Below the pieces are notes generated by a model. That model saw only the letters and a program-made list of their open reading frames with translations. It was not told where the DNA came from and did no database searches. The position numbers and the translations under genes were made by a program. DNA of 64,000 bases from Rebecca billardiae RCC1528 (Eukaryota > Protista > Haptophyta), in assembly GCA_965240325.2 (NCBI GenBank), contig OZ251227.1:1178001-1242000 (forward strand), given 5' to 3'. Shown here piece by piece: positions 1-10,506 of this stretch. Each line of letters begins with the position of its first letter. Within the stretch, counting starts at the first letter, position 1.

Positions 1-565
1 TCCGAGGGCCTCTCCTTCAAGGCGAAGGTCACCCTCGCGGTGGGCGGCATGCTCACGGCGCTGGCCATCGAGGCCTTGATGAAGCTGATCAAGCGGCTGA
101 GTAAGCCAAAGGTGGAGGAGAAGACGTCGGCCACCAAGCAGGAAGGAGCTGCGCCCACGACAGCAGCCAAAGCGGGCGCTGCGGTGAAGGCACAGGTGTC
201 GATCCAGTACTGCGGGTGCGTACCGCGCGTGCTCGCCGCAACGCAGCCGTCAGGTCAGGCCGACGTGCCCTCACCCCCTCTGCTCTGGGGCTGTCGCGTG
301 CGCGTGCGTGCCCCGCAGAGGCTGAGGCTACGATCGCTACTACCGCGCTCTCAAGTCGGAGATCAACAACAAGTTTGGGGACTCCGTCGAGGTCACACCG
401 CTGCGTGACCCCGGCAAGACGGGTAACTTTGAGGTCCGCCTCAAGGGCGCCACCGAGGAGCTCATCCACTCCAAGACGACTCGCAAGCAGGGCAAGTGCG
501 AGTCGGAGGCGGAGATTGATGCAGTCCTCGATGCCATCGAGGCCTTCCTCGAGAAGTCGAAGTGA
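1..565 (+). CDS. SELENOW: Selenoprotein W / Rdx-family protein (copy 1), probably 5'-partial; exons <1..215 and 319..565; Sec TGA at 323-325
   Basis: Removing the GT-AG intron 216..318 joins ...VSIQYCG to G-U(TGA)-GYDRYYRALKSEINNKFGDSVEVTPLRDPGKTGNFEVRL...LIHSK, which gives the SelW CxxU and GxFEV motifs. Stop TGA at 563-565. SECIS-like hairpin downstream. The frame is open from base 1 and has an N-terminal hydrophobic segment. Confidence 0.9.
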
Positions 566-711
566 GCGGCGATGCGCTCACCGCGGTGGTGTGAACTGAC
601 CGCAGAAGCACGTTCCGTGCGACGGCGAGCCCGCAGCGACACCAGCCGCAGCACACGGCTGCTTGTGTGATCCCACTGCGCCACGCACGCTCTCCACCGA
701 CATGCATGAGT

Positions 712-770
712 ACGATGTGACGGGTGCTCCACAAAACCACACCTCCGTGGTTGGTGCACCCCGAGAACCC
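712..770 (+). promoter_or_regulatory. SECIS element (type II, GUGA core) of SelW copy 1
   Basis: GTGAC-GGGTGCTCCA-CAAA-ACCAC(n6)GTGGT-TGGTGCACCC-CGAG: UGA/GA quartet, roughly 10-bp helix II, unpaired AAA and an apical mini-stem. Helix I is not obvious. Confidence 0.8.
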
Positions 771-1656
771 CGGCCCGCGGGCCTCCCGACTGGATCGAGC
801 GCGGTCTTCGGGAGGCCTGCGCGCCAATGTGCTCAAGCGTGTTTGTGAAGACGTAGTCGTTGTGCTGACCTGACCGGTTGCCAGCCGACAGCTGAGCGGT
901 GCTGCAGCCGTCTTTTTATTCGATCTGACTTATAGCTTATAATAATATGAATAATGATACTAATATTTATACTAATTCTATTATTTAAAGACACAATCTT
1001 CTGCTGCGTGACTTTTTTAAAAAAAAACTACTGCTATAGCTACTCTAGCTAGCTACGGCGGTATATTTATTTTTAAATTTAGCCTGATGATTGACCGCGG
1101 GTGGCCGGCGGGTTCACCGGTAGTCTAGATCGGAGTGCGGCACGACTCGCCACTCGGTGACTCCGAATATAAGCTCAGCGACGCCCGTACTACCGCGGGA
1201 GCCCTACTACGTTAACGTTATATATATATATATATAGTACTTAGTAGTACTGCTAGCTGCTGCATCAGAAAGGCAGAAAGCGAATTAACTACCCGGCAGC
1301 CGTCTGGCGCCTGCCGTGCCAGACTGACAGACTGTGTCCCATTATATTTAAAAAAATAATTAGACGGCGACGAATATATAGTAGTCTATTTGTATAGCGC
1401 CTACTACGCCCAAACTAACAAACTGTGTACTGACATAAAGCAGCTCGCAATGATGATATGCTTCATAGCTATTCATGCAGTATGATACACTCTCACAGCA
1501 GCCACCTGCTTATCACAGCTGACGCCAAATTCTCGCGGCCAACGCGGTGCGGCACTCTGGTGCGCGTCACGGGACAGGAGTCCGACGGCGCGGCGCTCAT
1601 TGATGACCGCATCCTGATCATGCAGCCCGAAGATGACGACATCGCATGGTCGGTGG

Positions 1657-2301
1657 CTACGACGCCCCCCCAGAATCGCCCATGCGAGTCGCGGGGTCGC
1701 ATCTCGCCCAAATCTCGCGCATGGCCACCTCGTCGTGCACAATGCCAACCGGGTCAACGTACAGCGATCGGCCGTCAGCCAATCGCATGTTGCCAAAAAG
1801 GCGCAGCGAGCCAGCGGGGCCCAGCTCGGCAAGTGAGACGTCATGCGATGCGATGCTCGCAAGGAACGACACCGTTGAGATTCGAACACGAGCATCTGGT
1901 AGCGCGTGGATCGATGTCACGTATGGCTTTGAAGCGACGTGCAGCATGGCGGTCGTCGTCACAGAGAAACCGACAACGGTGGCGATGAGCAATGCGCGTG
2001 ACGTCGGCGTGCCGCTGGTGCTAAGCAGCACCACAGCTGGCGCCGAAGCCAGCGAGAAGACGAGGTTCGCAACGCTGCAACCCTTCAGGATGCGAAGGAT
2101 TTGCGCTTTTGGGCCCTCAAAGACAAGCTTGGGCTGGGCCGGCTCCGTGACAGTCGAATCGCCAGTACCAGCGTCCGTCGTGAGTGCACGCGACCGAGGA
2201 CACGCTGGACTGCGTGTCAGCAGCCGCGCATGCGATACCAACTTGCCACAGCATGCACCGCTGCGCGGGCCAAGCCAGCGTCGCGCCAGCATCGTGGCCA
2301 T
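1657..2301 (-). CDS. TMEM70: TMEM70-family mitochondrial membrane protein (ATP synthase assembly-like)
   Basis: Arg-rich presequence, then LVFEGPKAQILRILKGCS, two TM segments and LHVASKPYVTSI, matching the TMEM70/186/223 pattern. Start at 2301 or 2292. Confidence 0.7.
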   Translation of the reverse strand: MATMLARRWLGPRSGACCGKLVSHARLLTRSPACPRSRALTTDAGTGDSTVTEPAQPKLVFEGPKAQILRILKGCSVANLVFSLASAPAVVLLSTSGTPTSRALLIATVVGFSVTTTAMLHVASKPYVTSIHALPDARVRISTVSFLASIASHDVSLAELGPAGSLRLFGNMRLADGRSLYVDPVGIVHDEVAMREIWARCDPATRMGDSGGAS

Positions 2302-2422
2302 TGTGATGCGGCTGGGCAAGACGTGTCGACTTCAGACTGGGGAAGGTCCGGGTGGTGAGCAGGCTGGCAGCCGCAGGAGACCGCCGAAGGCCGAAAGCGG
2401 TGCGACGGCCGTGGCCGTCACG

Positions 2423-3000
2423 ATGTCGGCTGGGCAGGCCATCACAGTCTTTCTAAGCGGCGCGCTTGCCGCACTCGTGGCCAATAGGCTCGTCAGGCGG
2501 TCCACGCGCCTGAGCAACCCTGCAGTGGCAGGGACGCCATCTGTGACCAAAAAACAGCAGGGGCGAGTCGCACACGTAATCATCCAGTACTGCGGGTGAG
2601 TTGCCAGCTGCGCGTACGGGACACAGCCCGAAGTGCGACCTTGGGCGTGCACAACGCGTATGACAGCTCCGCCCCTGCCGGTGCCCCTCATGCGTGACCT
2701 TGCTGCCCCGACACGTCGATCGCGCGCGCGTGTGCGTGCGGCACGTGCAGCCCGTGAGGGTACGAGCGCTACTTCCGGACTCTCCAATCGTCGATCTCGA
2801 CCAAGTTCGGGGACGCAGTCAGGATCACCGAAGTGCGCGATCCCGACAAGACGGGCCACTTCGAGGTCCGTCTCCTGGGCGCCCCCGCGGAGGTGATCCA
2901 CGCCAAGAGGACGCTAGGGCCGAACACGTGCGAGCTGGACGTGAATGTGGACGCAGTGCTTGGAGCCATCGCGGCGTATCTCGAGGCACCTGACATGTAG
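2423..3000 (+). CDS. SELENOW: Selenoprotein W / Rdx-family protein (copy 2); exons 2423..2595 and 2751..3000; Sec TGA at 2755-2757
   Basis: Intron 2596..2750 (GTGAGT...TGCAG) sits at the same position as in copy 1. The spliced product reads IIQYCG-P-U-GYERYFRTLQSSISTKFGDAVRITEVRDPDKTGHFEVRL. Stop TAG at 2998-3000. SECIS downstream. Confidence 0.88.
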
Positions 3001-3121
3001 CCTGCACCCCGCATCACGCGCGTCGCACGGCCCGCCGCCTAGCCGATGTGGAGCACACCGCCGAGCATCACGAGTCCATCTGAGCACCTTGAGCCTCGAC
3101 CTCATGCCACTGGGCGCGAGC

Positions 3122-3178
3122 ACCACATGACGGGCACACTACCAACCACGCACGTGTGGACGGTGCGTCCCTGAGAGA
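3122..3178 (+). promoter_or_regulatory. SECIS element (AUGA core) of SelW copy 2
   Basis: ATGAC-GGGCACACT-ACC-AA-CCAC(n6)GTGG-ACGGTGCGTCCC-TGAG, with the same architecture as the copy 1 SECIS. Confidence 0.75.
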
Positions 3179-3919
3179 GGCAGGCCAATAGGTCCCAGCT
3201 GAATCGAGTGAACTCGTAGTCGGCTCAAGACGAGGTCTCTGGGCACCGACGGCGCAGTGCGGTGACGCCCCGCGCGGGGATGACAACTTGACGCCAGGAT
3301 GCCGCCGCCGGATGGGCTGCCTCAGCAGGCGACCCGGCCAGCCCGCCGCCGCCCGGCTGCCGGCCGTTACCAGGCCATGGTCTGCGCCAGTCGGTAACTA
3401 AGACTCGGAGTGATAACTGATGAGTTCACGACAGCAGCGTCCGGTCCGCTGATAACAGTAGCGCTAGCCGATGGTGCCACTCATAGCGATTTATATAAGC
3501 GAATCATACTGAGTGACTGACCGTACGCCGGATGTGAGGCTCCCGTCCCCGGAACGGTAACCGACCGAATCGTAGGGCTTCCGTACTGAGACTAGTACGG
3601 AGTACTACACTCTCCTGTCTACAGCATCACGGAAAGTATCATCAACGTACTGGACGACTCGGGTTCAGTATAGTTGATGTTTATTCCGGCAGCCGGGACG
3701 ACTGGCTATGATACCGCGTTGCATAATACGCGTACCGAATTTAAATCAGATCGCAGCGCGCCACCAGCCGTCCGCCGCGCCGTTTCATCACGCCTACGAG
3801 CAGGCTTGCTTGGCTCAACGACAACGACAACGTGAACGGTGCGGACCTGAACGAATTTCCGGCGGCGCAGCCATCGGCGACGGCTTCATGGGCGGTGACA
3901 GTTGGCGGGCGTCGATCTC

Positions 3920-4216
3920 GCCTGCCTGAGCTTTGTGTGTCTCTTATTCTTATATGATAGTAAACTGTACATAGCGATGTCTCACGACACTCTTGACACG
4001 GTGGTAATGCCGCAGTGTGGCGTGCTTGTACTGCCTACGTACGTACTGCAACTGGTGGCTGGTGTGCTACTCTACTAAAGTTTTATGCGCAGTACCCCCA
4101 TATGCGCCATGCACACCAACTGTCACAGGCACAGCAGTAGCACAGGCCCTTGGCAGTGGCACACAGCCTACTTGCCTGCCTGAGCTGTGTGCGTCTCTTA
4201 TTCTTAGTAAACTGTA
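3920..4216 (+). repeat. Imperfect 45-50 bp direct repeat (3920..3969 and 4174..4216) flanking about 200 bp
   Basis: gcctgcctgagct..tgtg..tctcttattctta(tatgata)gtaaactgta is present twice. Confidence 0.8.
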
Positions 4217-4451
4217 ACTCCTCGCGAGCCAAGCTAAAGCGCAAGCTCATGATGACGTGTCTCGAAGGGCGAAGGCCGCGGCTCTCAGCCCTGCCGGCTG
4301 TCCATCACCGGTCGGGACCAAGGAGCAAGGGCCCAAGGAGCAAGCAAGGAGGGCCGACTTATTTATTCGTCCGTGTTCGTCCGGCGACAGGCGGGCGGTC
4401 CGCCCCGCGATTCGTGTCACCGATTGCTCACTTTGGTGGTCTGGGGCCGCC

Positions 4452-7400
4452 ATGGGCGACGAGGCGACGGTGGGCGCGCGCGGGGTGGCGATCAAGTACC
4501 GGCACGCCGACGAGCTGCAGCAGGCACATGCATCCCGCGTTGTGCGCACCGAGTGCGCCGGCGATCGCTTACTCGCGGACGAGCTGCGCGACATTGTCAC
4601 GCGCGATTGCAGCCGACGATTCGTGCGGATGCGTGCATGGTCGGAGGCGTTTGGCGGGTGGATGGGGGTGCAGAGCGGCGTGGCACTGGCGCACTTGCCC
4701 ACCGCGGTTGATCCCGAGACCGCGCGCCCCGTCGTCATCCTCGAGCTTCTCCTCGAGGATGACGCGCGCGCTGCCGACGGCGAGCACATCGGCGCGCCGT
4801 CCGCGTCACGAGCGTCGAGCACCGGCCGGCCGGCGGACGCGCCCTCGGAGGTGAGCAACGCGCTCGCGATGGCGGTGTTGCGCCTGGAGCACCGACTCAA
4901 CCAGCTCCCCGCGGGCGGCGGCTTGGGCGCGCCCGGCGCGCCGTCGCAGCTGGCAGCGGCGTTTGGGCCGACAGCGGACGGCGACAGCTGGCTGCCGCTG
5001 CAGAGCGCCGTGCGCGAGGGCGCGGGCGCGGGCGCGTCCAGGCGCGGCGCGGCGACGGGCGCGGACGACGAGTCGGGTGGCGGCGTGGCCATGCCGCAGA
5101 CCTCGCGCTCCACCTCCGCCAACTCGCTCGCGCCCGGGCGCGGCGGCGGCGGGGCGGCGGCGGGCTATGGCGTCCTGAGCGGTGGTGGCGCGAGCGGCGC
5201 CTTCGAGATGTCGCACCTCGACCTGGCGGTGCTCTCGGCCTCGCCGCTGGTGTTCGTGCACAACAACATGTACTACCCGCTCGACCAGGGCGGCACGCTC
5301 GACTTCAAGGGCGAGCTCAACCTGCTGCGCTCGATGCTCTCGCGCGCGGGCAAGCAGGTGTGCGCGCGCATCGACGTTGCCTCGATCGCGCGGATGAGCG
5401 AGGTGCTGGCGCAGCAGCCGCGCTGCCTGTACCTGGTGTGCCACGCGGACTACGAGCCGGGCGCGCGCGACCCGTCCTCCTTCTACCTCGGCCTCGAGGA
5501 CTGGTCCGGCACGTGCGACAAGGTCTCGATCCAGCGGCTGCGCGCGCTGCTGTCCTCCACCGAGCCGAGCGACGTGGCCGCGCTGGCGGAGGGCGGCGGC
5601 GGCGGCGGCGGCGGCGGCGCGGGCGTGGGCGCGGGCGCGTCGCTCTTCGACCCGCTGCGCGGCGTGAGCGTCGTCGTGCTCGGCGCGTGCCACTCCCTCG
5701 CCGCGGGCGAGGCGTTCGTGCACGCGGGCTGCCGGCACGTCGTCGCGATCGCGTCCGAGGCCAAGGTGCTGGACGACGACGCGGCGCTGTTTGCGCGCAC
5801 GTTCCTCTTCGCGCTCTTCCAGGGGCAGAGCGTGCGCCACGCGTTCGAGCGCGCGAAGGCGGCCGTCGCCTCATCCGCCTCGCCGCGCCTCGCCACGCGC
5901 GCCGACTACCGCGGCGCCGAGTCCGCCAAGTTCGTCCTGCTGCCCGAGGACGAGCCGCACGACGAGTGCCCGATGGTGAATCTGCCGGCGGGAGATTTCG
6001 TCGAGCTCAACCCGCTGCCGGCGCACGAGCCGCCGACGGTGCCCACGCCGTTCGTCGGGCGCGCGCTCGACCTGCAGGCCCTCGTGCGCACGCTGCGCCG
6101 CCGTCGGCAGGCCGAGGTCCGGCTGCTCACGCTGTGGGGCGAGCGCGGCGTGGGCAAGACCGCGCTCGCAAAGGCGGTGGCGCAGCACCTGTACCAGCGG
6201 CGCTTCTTCGACGACGGCGTCGCGTTCGTCGAGCTGGCGGGCGTGCGCACGGAGGCGGAGGCGCTCGCCGCGCTGGGCGAGGCGCTCGACATGGAGTTCA
6301 GCCGGTGGAAGGACGTCTCCCGCGCGCTGCAGCGCTGGCAGGGCCTCGTGCTGCTCGACGGCGCGGACGAGCTGCTTGAGGGCGCGCCTGCGGTCGTCGA
6401 GCGCGCGGTCACTTCGCTCATGCACGCGGCGCAGCTGCAGGTGCTGGTGACGACGTGCCGCCCGCTCTCCTCCACGATCGGCGGCGGCGGCGTGCCCGTC
6501 GAGCACCCCGTCCAGCTCCACCCCCTCTCGCGCCGCGACGGCGCGCGCCTCTTCCACGCGCTCGTCGCGGACGCGCTGCCGCCCAGCCTGCGCGGCGTCG
6601 CCAACCTCCCGACCCTTGAGCAGCACGGGCTGCTGGTCACGCTAGGCGGGCTGCCGCGGCGGATCCTGCGCACCGCGCCGCTGCTGCGGCAGGGGCACTC
6701 GCTCGACGCGCTCGCCGCCGAGCTGCGCCTCCGCCCGGAGGCGTCCGACGCGGACGAGGCGGGCAGCGCAGTCGGGAGCGACCCGGCCGCGCGCGCGCGA
6801 CGGCCGACGCGCGAGAGCGAGCGCGACGACGCGAGCGGCGCGCGCTGGGCGCGGCCCGCGCCGAGCGGCGGGGGCGATCTGACGGGCGAGGCGGGCGGCG
6901 CAGCCGCCGGCCGGCGCAGCGCGCGCCGCCTCTCGCAGCCCGAGGGCGCCGCCGCCGCCGCCGAGCCTGGCGGCGGCGGCGGCGGGCGGCGGTTGCGAAG
7001 GCGCTCCTCGTCGCCGCGCCGCAACAGCGAGGGCGGCAGCGGCGGCGCCGGCTCGGGCTCCGGCTCGTCGGGCGAGGGCGAGGAGTGGGCGGACGACGGC
7101 GACTCCCTCCGCCTCGCGGGGAGCGACCGCCGCCTCACGCCGCACGTGCCCAGGCGGCGCCGCTCGGGCAGCGACACGTCCGTGCCCAGCCTGCGCAGGG
7201 GCCGCGGCCGGAGCGGCGGCGCGCGCGCTCGCGCTGAGCTGAGCGGGCTGGCCGGCCCCGTGCCTCTCGCCTCGTCGCACTCGCTGCCCACCGCGGCACT
7301 GGCGGCGCACGCGGGCCCGCTGGTCGGGGACAGCGTGATGGCGACGGCGACGACGATGACCACCGCGCAGGGCACGACCACGCGCGTCACCGCCATCTCG

Positions 7401-8967
7401 CACGAGGGCGAGACGGTGAACCAGCTCGACATGACGACCACGCACTCCACGCACTCACGGCCCGCGCTCGGCGGCGCGGACGGCGGCACGCCCGTGCACT
7501 CGCCCAGCCTCGAGCAGCCGCAGCAGCCGGCGGCGCAGCCGCAGCCGCAGCAGCAGCACTCGCTCGCGTCCGCCGCGGCCGCCGCCGCGGCCGCGGTCGC
7601 GCACGCCACCGCCGCGCTCTCGGGCATGGGCTCGGGCGCGGGCGCGGGCGCGCTCGGCGGGCCGCCGCCGCCGCTCGGCGTGGCCGCGGCCGCGCCCGTG
7701 CACGCGCTCGGCGCGCTCGCGCCCGCGGGCGCGGCGGCGGGTGCGCCGATGAGTGGCGCAGCCGGCGGCGGCGGCGGCGGCGGCGCGCACGCCGCGGACG
7801 CGCACGCCCAGCTGAGCGGCGCGCTCGCCCCCGCGGGCCCGCCCGTCCCGCCTCAGCCGCCCGCCGCGCCGCCGCTGCCCACGCCGCGGCTGCTCGAGCT
7901 GCGCGAGCAGCCGAGCGCGTCCGCCGCCTTCCCCGAGTCCGCGCTCGAGCCGGGCGCGCCGACGCCGACGTCGTTCGAGCGCGCGCTCGTGCGCGTGCGC
8001 GCCGAGCGGCCGAGCGCGTACCGCCTGCTCGCCGTGTTCGCGATGCTGCCCGGGGGCGCGCTCGAGGCGGACCTCGAGAGCGTGGGCGCTGGAGGGGACT
8101 GGCGCGAAGACCTGCGCTGCCTGAGCGCGGCCGGCGCGCGGCGCGGCGTGGCGGAGGGCGGTGCCGCGCGCGATGCGGCCGATGGCGCGCCCACCGACCG
8201 CGCCACGGCCGCGGCCGACGCCGCCGCCGACGCGGACTCCGCCGTCCCGCTGGTGAGCTGCGAGCTCATGTCGCCACCCGACGCGGAGCGCGCGCGCCGC
8301 CGGACACGCGGCGGTCGGCGCTCGAGCTCGCGCGCGCCGATGAGCGGCGGCGGCGGCGGCGGCTCGGCCGCGGCTGGTGCACCCTCGCCGGACGGCAGCG
8401 GCGAGGAGGAGGGGGAGGAGGAGGACGAGGGCGAAGACGAGGGCGTGGCGGCTGGGGAGCCTGGCTCGGCCGCGCACGCCTCCACACGCGCGAGCGCGGA
8501 CGAGGGCGATGGCGGCGGCGGCGGCGGCGCGAGCAGCGCCGCCGCGCCGCTGCCCCGCGATGAGAGCGGCACTCGCGCGCGCGCGGAGCAGACGGGCGCG
8601 GCGGTCACGGCCGGCGGCGGTGGCGGCGGCGGCGGCGGCGGCGGCGCGGCGCCGTGCGTCGTGTGGCGGCCGTGCGTCGCGCACCTCCCGCGCGCGCCCG
8701 CCGCGGCCACCCCGGAGCGCGAGCGCGTGGCGCAGCTGCTCGCGTTGTGCGAGCGCCACGTGAGCGCGGGCCTGGCGCTGCTGGGCGCTCTGCGCGCGGG
8801 CGGCGTGCGCGCGGCGCGCGCCAAGGCGCTGTTTTGCGCGGTCGTCGAGACCAACCTGCGCGCCGCGTGCCGCGAGCCCGTCATCTCGTGGCTCGCCGCA
8901 GCGCACGCGCGCGCCGCATCCGCCGCGCCCGCCGTCGACGGCTCGCCGCCCGCCAGCCCGCCGCTGC

Positions 8968-9006
<39 letters not shown>

Positions 9007-10475
9007 TGCGCGGCGGCGGCCCCGCGGCCGCGCACGCGTACCTCGCGCCGATGCGCGGCCCCGCGCGCGTCGGCACGGTGCTCACCGCGCTGCTCGCGGA
9101 GAGCGGCCGCTCGGCCGAGGCGCTCGACGCGGCGCGGTGCGCGGTGAGCGCCGCGCGCGCGCTGTGCGCGTTCGACGTCGAGATGCTCGCCCTCGCCCTG
9201 CTGGCAGACGTCAGCCTGCGGCGGGATGACTTGGAGGAGGCGTCGAGGGCGTGCGCGTCGGTCAGCGCCGCCGCGGACGAGGGCTCCGCCGCCGCGGCCG
9301 CGCGCGCCGCCGACGCCGCCGACGAGCTCCCCGACGGCCGCCTGCGCTCGCCGCCCTCGCTCGCCTCGCCACATCCGTCCACGATCGCGCTCGCGCCCGC
9401 GCCGCCCGCGCCGGGGCCCGCGCCGGCGGTGCGCGCCGCGTGCGTGCGCGAGGCATGCCGGCTGCAGGGCGACGTGCGGCTGGCGCGCGCCGTCGCCGCG
9501 GCCGCGCGCGGCAACGAGCGCGAGCGCCTGCACCAGCTGAGCATCGCCGCTACCAACTACGCGCGCGCCCTGCTGCGCTCGGCGCCCGACGCGCGGGCGG
9601 GCGCGCCGCGCGCCGCCGCGCCGGCTGAGGCCGCGGACGCGCCGTCGGCGGCGGCGGGCGCGCCCGCCGGCGCGCCCGCCGAGCTGTCCGCCGCGCAGCC
9701 GTGCGCGGCGGCCGACATTGTCGCGTTCGTGTGCGCGCATCCGCCCGGCCGCGCGCGCGCGCGCGGCGGCGCCAGCCTCGTGCACCGCGGCGCGGCGCAC
9801 GGCGCGGCTCGTGCGACCGCCGGCTGCGCACTCCCGCTCGGCGACGCGCCCGCGCCCGAGCTGCGCACGCTCCACCTCGTCGAGCTGATCCTCCGGCTCG
9901 CGGACGTGCAGCTGCAGTGCGGCGTGCCGCGCGCCACGCTCGCGCTCGCCAACGTGCTGCTCGGCCGCGCGCGCGAGCCCGTCGACGCGGCGAGCGGCGC
10001 CGACGCGTATGCGGACGCTGCCGCCGTCGCCGCGCACGCCGAGGCGGAGGAGGGCGAGCCGGACGGGCGCGCGCACGCGGCGGGCGGCGGCGGCGGCGGC
10101 GGCGGCGTGATCGAGCTGGGCGGCGGCGTGCCGGCCTCCGCGCTCGAGGGCGAGCTCGCCGCCGCCGCCGCGCGCGCCGTGCGCGAGCTCGGCGCGGGCG
10201 CGCGCGCGCGCGCGCTGCGCGGGCGCGCGTGGATGGCCCGCGGCCGCGCGCACGCGGAGCTAGGGCAGCTGCACTGCGCGCGCGCCGCGTTCGAGTGCGC
10301 GGTGCACGCGCTGGACGGCGCGCGCGACTCGGCCGAGGCGGCGCGCGCGCGCGCGCTCCTCGAGTCCACGTGCCTCTCGATGGAGCGCGCGCACGACGTG
10401 ATCGGCTTCTTCTACGTCGAACCTCTCGTCTGGCGGCCGACCGCGATGCCCGGGCCGGCGGCGGCGGCGGCGGCG

Positions 10476-10506
<31 letters not shown>

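Noticed and set aside
2591-2600. TGA at 2597-2599 as the stop or Sec codon of SelW2
   Set aside because: It is the GTGAGT splice donor; the Sec codon homologous to copy 1 is at 2755.
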